The notes below the pieces were generated by a model that worked only from the letters and a program-made list of their open reading frames with translations, was not told the DNA's origin and did not search any database. Source: Eledone cirrhosa (lineage: Eukaryota). From it: a DNA stretch of 64,000 nt. Position numbers and translations under genes: made by a program. Location: the NCBI GenBank assembly GCA_964016885.1, contig OZ024741.1, forward strand, positions 197,718,001-197,782,000, read 5' to 3'. Position 1 is the stretch's first letter, and each line of letters opens with the position of its first letter. Shown here piece after piece: positions 55,505-64,000 of the stretch.

Positions 55505-56212
55505 TTATCAATAAAATGATAAGGCATCAATTTCCCATCACTTGCAACAGCCCCAAAGACCATAATGGAAGCCGGAATCTTGCTATGCATAGCTGAAAGA
55601 ATTTTGAAAGTGACTGTTTGCAACTGTGTCTACCGCGAACTTCTTTTCATCCACGATTCGGATGTCTCCGAAACGATCTTTCAGATGACTTATAAGTTTG
55701 GGACTTCTTTCAGATGGAATGACTTTGGAGCAGATAGTTCGGATGTTTCGGTGTCTCCTCACGTACAATTTCATATGGAGTTCTTGTCTCACAGCCCAGT
55801 AAAACGGTCATTTTACTGATTCATCGATCTTGAGCCAACTTTTCCATCGATTTTGATGGATTCGACTAAATCGATCTTTTAAGTCCTGCTAAGAAGCTAG
55901 GTATGTGTTTTCAGTCACTGCGAGGACCGTGGGGATTTCTCTTAACATGCTGAATTTTCTTCAAATTTGCTACAACTTTAAAAACAATAGATCTGGCATA
56001 CTTTGTGGCTCTAACAATCTCCCCTGTACTTTGCCGGTGCGGAATAAATCGGTAATTATACTTCTACATTCATCATTTGTTCAGTCTGAAACAAAAAAAT
56101 AGTACAAGTGATTATTCAAGCTCGTAATATTTAAAATTTAGACTCCAACAAAATCTATACAATTAGAAATATACCCATTTGAAACCTGTCCCAATTTACC
56201 TGTTACGCCCTG
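55505..56212 (-). mobile_element. Truncated Tc1/mariner-superfamily transposon, maT/DD37D-like
   Basis: Terminus ta|cagggcgtaacagg (minus strand). Remnant motifs VDEKKFAVDTVANSHFQN and KIPASIMVFGAVASDGKLMPYHF. Confidence 0.72.
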
Positions 56213-56598
56213 TATATACATATACTGTTTGTCTACCTGTTTATGGTAGAGCCAATAACATTTCTAGAACGTCATGTAATCCAGAAGTATTAATTCCAGT
56301 GAAATCAGGTATGAAAGTTCTTGTTTTTGTTGTAGGCTTACATAATATTGGATTCCGTTGAGCATTCTAATGAGCTACAGTCATATACATATACGTTGAA
56401 CAATGAAAACAAAAGGCCAGGTTTAGTGCTTAATCAATTCATTGTTTAAGATTGTTTCTGATGAAGATGGTGAGATGGAACTATAGTATCGAAGCTAATA
56501 ATATGGAGTTATATAACTACTGTCGGTAAGTCACAATACCGATTTGTTCTCGGTATGGTGAACTAACTGCTGTGATACTACTTATATATATATATATA

Positions 56599-56965
56599 TT
56601 AAAGTTCATGCACTAAACGACCTGAGGTTTCGGGGGCCAGTTATGGCTACCACTGTATAGTGAAGTATCAGTTCTAAAACTGACCTCTCTCATCAGACAT
56701 AAGGACAATTTTTAAGAAAAGACCATTACTTTGCGATTAATGTTCATAATTCGTAAATAATTCCAATCAAAAACAAAGGGGTGGGTAACTCTTTACGAAC
56801 TATGAACATTAATCGTAAAGTAACGGTTTTTTTACTTTAAACTTGTTCTTCCGCCTGACGAAGGGGGCTAGATTTAGAACCGCTACTCCAATATGCAGTG
56901 GTAGCCATAACTGGACTCGGAAACCTAAAGTCGCTTATATATATGTTAAGTGAATGAATTTTAAT
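56599..56965. mobile_element. Fold-back cassette with two divergent long-stem-II hammerheads (56617-56698 minus; 56853-56934 plus)
   Basis: 56599-56758 is approximately the reverse complement of 56792-56965. Cores are CTGATGA/CTGACGA + 58 nt + GAAAC ctnan GTC. Confidence 0.75.
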
Positions 56966-57819
56966 ATAAACTTAATATGTTATCTTGTATTAGATTAGCA
57001 TGTTTTCCGTTGCCTTTTATCTATAGATATCCTGCATATATATATAATTACAATGTGCTTATAAACCAAAATTATAAGTTCAAGACATTTATTCACTAAC
57101 AATTGTTTCTTGTTATAAGCATTTTATTTTATCTAACAATTTTGATATTAGTTAGCACAAACCATAGGTATCAGTTTAATTAAAATCCAAAACGATTGAT
57201 ACAAGATCAATACAAATCATTTAAAAACAAAAGATAATATATACCCACCCCAAAATGTTTTTGATTAAATTTTGGTCGCGTGCTTTCATTGGCGAAAGTG
57301 GTGCTGTTATCTTTAGCACTGCCGCCATACCCTAGTCAGTGTTCCACTGCTACTGCCTTGTTGACTAATTAGCAGTAAACTTAATTTTAACACCTGAAAA
57401 ACAACTATCGACATGAAACTTTAGTAGTAAGTTCCATAATTTAGTATTTCTCTCATGTATTGGCTTGGTAATGAGGACTATTAGTCCGAAATTTGTTGAT
57501 TTACAATTAATCGATGATTAGCACATTCCCTCTTTAGCCCGAAACAGTACTGTACACACCTATAAGAGAATATATGTATTCTGACAACTTTCTGTATTAA
57601 ACAACGAAGTTACTGGTTAATTCAAATGATTGAAATTGTGAGAACTTTAACGTTTTTATATGTTAAGCTGTTGAATTATTTATTTTCTCGGCTTCACTGC
57701 ATTTCCTGCCTGGAAATGTTGTCTTATAACAATTTATTCTATGCGTGTGTTCCGAATTGGTTTGTTGAGCAAGTTGTAAGCATATCAGTCTAAATATATA
57801 TATATGGATATAAATATAG

Positions 57820-58975
57820 ATTCCTCTACCGTGCCCATCTTTCCTTCCCCTCTCCCTTCATTCAAGCGCACTAGTAATCTTCGGAACCTCCTCATCAGCA
57901 ATGCCCTTCCTCTTCCCAATTCATCTTCTGGATCCCACCCCTGTCCCTGGCTCCGCTGCCATACATACAGCTTTATCCTTAACACCACCAGCACCCTTTT
58001 CCGTCTTAATGACTGGTTAGGGACTCCTTCAGTTGCACGTCCACCAGCTTTGTCTATGGGCTCCGTTGTACTCTGTGTGAAGCCATCCACATTGGTCAAA
58101 TCGCCATCGTCTGGTCGACAGATTAGCTGAAAAACTTCGGGACATCCGGATCGGAATCCCGACTCTGATCTCCCGACAATTTTTGAGCTGCCGGCCACTC
58201 TATACGCCACCTCAGTGCCTTCGGGCTAGCACATTGTGTCGGCCCCTCTGACTCGCGCTGGCGTGAAGAACATCAACTTATATTTTCTTTAAAAACCTTT
58301 CATCCCCCTAACCTTAATTCCCCACCCATCTTCCTATAGTCTGCTCTGCCATATACTCTCTAACACACAGTAAATATACTTCCTTTATCATATGTCACAA
58401 ATTCGTTAATACATACACTCTACATACAAATCACAGTTAAATACTTGAAACATATACGATATAAACTTCAACTGCATACACACGTTACAATGTAATCATA
58501 CATTCACACATACAAATCTACAGACATACGCAAACACAGCTAGATATTTATACACACACAAAATAAACTTCAACGCACATATACAGCACACACATTCAAA
58601 CTTACATTCACCCACACATAAAAGTCCACAACCACACACCACATGGATATACACATAACTCACACATACTGTGATACTTTACACAATACACCTTTAAAAA
58701 CCCACAAACGTTTAAACATACACATACACGCACACATGATATGCACACTAATACACACACATTTCACTTTGCGTTCCAAATTCATTACCAAAACTACCTA
58801 AAGTTTTGTATTCTTGCTCCCATTAATTTCGTGTCTTTTTTTTTTTTTTTAGTACGGACTTCCTTTTATTTCCTGTATCGTCCCTTTGTGAACTTGTCTC
58901 TATATTTCTATTTCTGAATAAGGGCTAAAGCCTGACACATCGAACTTTCTTCCCCATTTTCCATATAAAGCGTGA
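57820..58975 (+). mobile_element. Neptune-like Penelope 3' portion: Zn-finger linker + GIY-YIG pseudogene (57820-58338), CA-rich UTR, decayed hammerhead near 58913
   Basis: PSFKRTSNLRNLLI, HPCPWLRCHT, FSCTSTSFVYGLRCTLCEAIHIGQ, SRWREEHQLIFSLKTFHPPNLN. Confidence 0.82.
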
Positions 58976-59102
58976 AACTAATAAGACATTTTTTAACCTG
59001 TTTTCTTGAACTATATATATATATACATATATACACACACACATACATATATACACACATGCAAACACACACATATATATACACATATATACACACATAC
59101 AT

Positions 59103-59144
<42 letters not shown>

Positions 59145-59349
59145 ACACACGCACACACATATATATATATAAATCAGGATGGATTCAGTTTGAAACTGGT
59201 TAGACCATCTCTAGATTTCCAGAGGAGGGCACAACACTTCCACGTTTTACTGTCAAATATGCACATTTGGACTCATCAAATTTCATTCTGATTTCCTCAG
59301 AACATTTTGTAATGAGGTCCAATATATATATGTATGTAAGTATCATCTT

Positions 59350-59650
59350 GGTTAATATCATCTTGGTTAAGAGAGTGGGACTGGCTTTGTGCAGTGCCTT
59401 TGCTCACTATAAAAGCTTCACGGCACAGGCATTGCTTTATATCTGGAGATCTCTCTGCACTTGTCGTCACATGGTACCAAGGGCCTAGCACTATGTGTCA
59501 ATAATTGTCACAAGTGTAGTGTTTGTACCAGAGTTTTCAAGTCGCTAACTGGACTAAAAAGTCACACTCGTTCAGCGCACCGGTAGGGGTTCTCCTACAT
59601 GGATATAAAGTAGTGGCCGTACTCGAAAACGAGTTGGCAGCCACCATGTA
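59350..59650 (+). mobile_element. 3' part of the RTE-related non-autonomous element (family of 11500-12112)
   Basis: Near-identical reverse complement of 11500-11795. Confidence 0.8.
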
Positions 59651-59699
59651 AGTATATATGTACGCATTTACGTATGTAGGTATGTATATTCTTCTGATT

Positions 59700-60345
59700 T
59701 CATAATTTCACAAAGTTTTACCAATAGAGAGAGAGTCGGTTTCTAACATAGACACACGACTCTCTCATTGGAATTTACACATCAACTAGGTAGATATGTA
59801 TGCATGCATGTGTAGATATGGATGTTATTGTATGTGTGGATGTGTATGTTTTGAGTTGTATGTGTGCATGTGTATATGCTTTATATCTGTACATGTGTAT
59901 ATCCAGTTATTAGATGCAACATTTTTGGAATGTTTTACATATTTTTACTGTTCCATTAATGGATTGTACTTGTAGTTTCCTAACTAGTTGTGTTCTTTCT
60001 GTTCCTGTGAAGCCTAGCTTCTCAAGATTTGTATTGAGGCAGTTACTAACATATCCCAGTGCCCCAATAATCACAGGCATAAATCGGAAGGTGTAATCAG
60101 AGTGGAGTATCTGCAGATTTCTCGTCAGTTTTGCATAAATATTCTCCTTTTCACTAATCTTTGATATTATATTGGCATCTGCTGGGCAGCTAATTTCCAC
60201 TACTGTGCATGTTTTCTTCTCCCTGTCCCATATCATAATATCTGGTCTGTTATGCCTGCCTTTTATTGGGTTTTTACTGGAACATTCCACCAGTACTCTT
60301 TCATATTATGTACATGGATGTCTTCCACATTATTGTAGCTTTTAA
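59700..60345 (-). mobile_element. RLE-type (R4-like) LINE 3' end in (TACA)n
   Basis: EYWWNV..., HNRPDIMIWD...VVEISCPAD, KENIY, PVIIGALG. Confidence 0.85.
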
Positions 60346-60377
60346 TATATGTATGTATGTGTGTATGTATGTATGTA

Positions 60378-61272
60378 TGTAATCTTGATAATGAAATTCC
60401 ACTCAGGATTAGGAAAGCAAGTGATGCTTTCGGAAAGCTGTCGGCGAGACGTATGCAAGAAGACAAAGGTAAAGATGTACAAGGCGTCTGTGCTCTCTTC
60501 TTTATGCCTCGAGACAAGGGTCACATATCGACACTACCCTAAACAATTGGAGCATTTCCATCAGATGTGTCTCAGACCGATCCATGGCGTTCACTGGAGG
60601 GACCACATCAGTGATGTCGAGATTTTAGAAAGCTTTCTGTGTGACAGTATAGAAGCTTTTGTGCTTAAGCAAAGACTCCGATGGCGTGGTCACCTTGCCA
60701 AGATAAAGGATTCTAGAATACCAAATCAACTCTTTTATGGGGAGTTAATTAAGGAAAATGACCTCCAAAAAAGAGGTATAAGGATTTGTTGAAAGCCTCT
60801 TTGAAAGACGCTAACATCGCTGCTGATACACGAGGAAATGTAGCTGTAGATCGTAATAAATGGAGAAAGACTGTATATGAGGGGAAAGTTGCCTTTCGCA
60901 TACGAGAGAGTAAAAAGGGATGCGAGGAAGGGCATTGCTGTTGCATTTCCAGGCAGCGAAGTTCCTCCTATGGCGCTCACATGCAGCGTCTGTGCGAGAC
61001 TCTGCTTCAGCAAAGCTGGACTCGAAAGTCATCTCCGTAGTCATAAAGTGAGACCAGTGGATGATTACCAGGCTGCTGTTGGAGATGCTACTCATCATGC
61101 CTGCCAAGCATGTGGAAGAGAGTGTAGATCAGCAGGAGGGCTCAAACAACATGCAAAATACATGAACTCCAACCTCAGCCGACTACTGCCAGTGAATGTT
61201 TTGGTTGCCAACTCTGTGCAAGACATTTTAGATCATTGGCTGGGCTAAAAAGCCACATTGGATCACAGCACC
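60378..61272 (+). mobile_element. RTE-clade LINE 3' fragment with C2H2 zinc fingers
   Basis: RIRKASDAFGKL, TKVKMYKASVL, LEHFHQMCLRPI, RLRWRGHL, LFYGEL, DRNKWR, CSVCARLCFSKAGLESHLRSH. Confidence 0.9.
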
Positions 61273-61328
61273 GTTAATTATTATTGTGTATGTGTGGGTG
61301 TGTATGTGTATATGTATATATATAGATA

Positions 61329-61369
<41 letters not shown>

Positions 61370-61459
61370 GTGCCGTCGGTAATGTTTTTCTTGATGTCAA
61401 CCCTCGTGGCCAATAAAGAAATCATTATTATTATTATTATTATTACTATTATTATTATT

Positions 61460-62733
61460 CTTTGAATCTCAGTCATTGATGTTAGTTAACTGGAAAGTTT
61501 GTTGAAATGAATATCAAGCCCCTACCTGCAGCCTCAGATATTCAGGACGTATCGGAGGGTTCTTGCTGTTCCCAGCAAGCATGCCTTTTGAAGCGTTCCA
61601 AAAAGCGTGAAGGGGCCAATTTTCTTTAACCATCCCTGGAAACTTTTTGAGATAGTCCCTAGTGCGCCTATGACAATCGGGATCACTTTGACTTCATGGC
61701 AGTTCCAAATCCTTTTTAGCTCCCACTTTAAGTCCTGGTATCGGTTAATTTTCTCCCTCTCCTTCTCTTGCACTCTCGTGTCGAATGGGCAGGCCACATC
61801 CACAATTAGGCACGATCTTTTTTCTTTGTCCACAACCACCAGGTCAGGTCTATTGTGCTCCAGTTTCTTGTCCGTCTGTATCCTAAAATCCCACAGCACC
61901 TTCACCTGATCGTTTTCTATCACCGACCCTGGCTTATGCTTATACCACTTCTCAGAATGTGGTAAATTGTTTACTTTGCATAGGTGCCAGCGGATCACCC
62001 TGCCCATCACATCATGTCTCCAGCCCTTATACTGAGTCAGGGCTAGGTGTTTACACTCGGATACAATGTGAGCCACAGTCTCCTCTCTCTCTCCACAGAT
62101 CCTTCACAGAGGGCTAGCCTCCTCCTTGTAAATATGGTGTTTCACCCACTTCGTTTTGAGGGCCTGCTCCTGCGCAGCGATTAACATTCCTTCTGTAGCC
62201 TTTTTAAGGTCTCCTCTTTTCAACCAGTTCCATGTCTGTAGATCTCTAAATTCAGTTTTCTCAAAGAAGGTGCTATGAAGGGATTTTTACTGAAGGCTGC
62301 TCTTTCTCCTTGATGTTATTTCCTCCTTGGACACCCCCTGGCCTATTGTCCCCTCCTTCAGTACAGTTCTGAGCATTGGCTCCTTACTATCAGTCACGTA
62401 TTTGTGTAGGTTGTTTTTATTCATCTGAACACAGTCCTCTATGCTGATAAGACCTCTTCCACCTTCAGATCTCCTTAAGTAGAGTCTATCGACATCACTC
62501 CTCTTGTGGAACATGTTGTAGATAGTCAATAGCTTCCTAGTCTTCCTATCCATTTCTTTTTGTTCAGCAACATTCCATCTCAGAATTCTCGCACTGTACC
62601 TAATAATAGACACAGCTCGGGAATTTACTGCACTTATGGCATTCCTACTGTTCACATGTGACTTTAATACGCTCCTCATTCTCCGAATGTATTCAGTTCT
62701 TATCAATTCCTTCATTTTTTTGTTCTTGATGTC

Positions 62734-62734
<1 letters not shown>
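61460..62734 (-). mobile_element. R4/Dong-like LINE, 5'-truncated, inserted in (TAA)n
   Basis: DRKTRKLLT, RLYLRRSEGGRGL, ETVAHIVSEC, RHD, RPDLVVVD...DVACPFD, KINRYQDL. (TAA)n on both flanks. Confidence 0.92.
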
Positions 62735-62772
<38 letters not shown>

Positions 62773-62773
<1 letters not shown>

Positions 62774-64000
62774 GGCGACGTACGTAGGAAATCGTATTAT
62801 CGTGAGCTCCTCAAATGTTTATTGTTTTCAGCTGTTTCAAATTGTCATTTATGGAAAATTTTTGTTGTTTAAGTGTTTATAAGTTCACATATATTGCTTT
62901 CGGAAAAGGACACTCAAAAAGATTGGGGCGTTGAGCCCAAAATTTAAACATTTATAATTATGAAACAAAAAATTTCTTTGAAAAATCATGGACGACTCAC
63001 AGCCACACCAAGCTGACAGCCTTCCTCACAAACTAACACCTCACACCAACACCACCATTGTAAATATTACTACGTTTGCCAACACTAAAAATATAAGCAG
63101 TAGCAATAATATAAATTTGTCTCATGCAGACATTCATTTCGCGCCATTTCCCAAAACTGCAGGTGTTAAAGACGCCAGCCCCACCACCACCACAGCGACA
63201 ACAGAAACAAAAGAAAAAAATAAATTATTATCTCGTGACATAGAAATGGATTCACCCAGAATCGACTCTTCCACACCGAACGCCACTGACGCCACCACCA
63301 CCACAACTGAAACTAAAAATAACAATAACAACAACAGCAACAACAACAATGAGAATAACAACAAAAACATCAACACCACCAAAAATGTGACATTTGCAGC
63401 CAAGAAATGCGAAACAATCGAGGTAACTCAGGAGGAATTAAATGAAGCTAAGAGAATGGTAAAGAAAGATGGGTACAAGGTCAGCCTCACCCCCCACCTA
63501 ATAAAATGGAGCATCGGTGCCTATGCACCGTGTCTTATCGGACGATTAACATAAAAATCGCGCTGAGTGGAACGGGCATCCGAGTCCCAAATCCAAAAAG
63601 CTTTGGGACATGTGTGTGCGAAAAAAACCCACATCAGGCGTGGGCAGAAATATGGAACCGTGGACGTGTTCTTTGGAAAACCACAGGAGGCCAGAGAGCA
63701 CTCCATGGCCCCATTAAGAAGCGACGACTTCACACTCGTCCCAAGCTATTGTGGCCAGAGACTCGTGAAGATCAGGGTGACCCACGTTCCACCGGCCATC
63801 GAAATTCCCTGGCTAATGGCTGCCGTCCTCGCCGGCATCGAAGCCAACACCAAAATAATAGAAATGGCAAAAGAAAAGCAGGAGAACTGGTCCAGATCTG
63901 GGATGGAGCTCCTGATCCAAGTGGACCAAAAATGCATTGAGGAGATCCCAGAGGTAATAGACCTCACTGACGGCAGCCACCTCACCGTAATCGTCGAGGG
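62773..64000 (+). mobile_element. Probable L1/Tx1-like LINE 5' UTR and frameshifted ORF1 (runs off the window)
   Basis: Starts directly after (TTA)n. Low-complexity T/N-rich N-terminus from 62988, and later IPEVIDLTDGSHLTVIVEG, which resembles the segment preceding the ORF1 zinc knuckle. Confidence 0.6.

Noticed and set aside
56455-57505. Further hammerhead-like strings at about 56459 (ctgatga...gaag) and 57469 (gtaatga ggact att agtcc gaaat)
   Set aside because: Core mismatches and no convincing stem I, so they were not listed as features.

Overview
AT-rich, microsatellite-dense animal DNA with no recognisable host protein-coding gene. It is probably part of a very large intron or intergenic region of an octopod cephalopod, inferred from the dominant tRNA-derived SINE, which resembles octopus SINEs as I recall them. 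Nearly all listed ORFs are artefacts of (TA)n, (CA)n, (ATAC)n, (CTT)n and (TAG)n repeats. The real coding remnants belong to transposons: a 5'-truncated Naiad-like Penelope element with an open thumb + GIY-YIG frame, Neptune-like Penelope fragments, a full-length decayed mariner, a maT/DD37D-like remnant, an internally deleted Helitron, and R4/Dong-, RTE- and Tx1-like LINE pieces. Two signals stand out. (1) Roughly 35 complete or partial type-I hammerhead ribozyme motifs, found by eye, from many unrelated families. They sit in short, often fold-back, Penelope-type cassettes inside (TA)n tracts, and show compensatory changes, U3-A8 and U4C core variants, oversized stem II domains and a shared downstream TTGAG motif. 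(2) A textbook-looking recursive splice site (Yn-CAG|GTAAGA at 46761/46762) followed by three more strong donors within 90 bp. All calls come from manual reading, with no alignments, folding or database searches. Element boundaries are approximate unless a motif is quoted.
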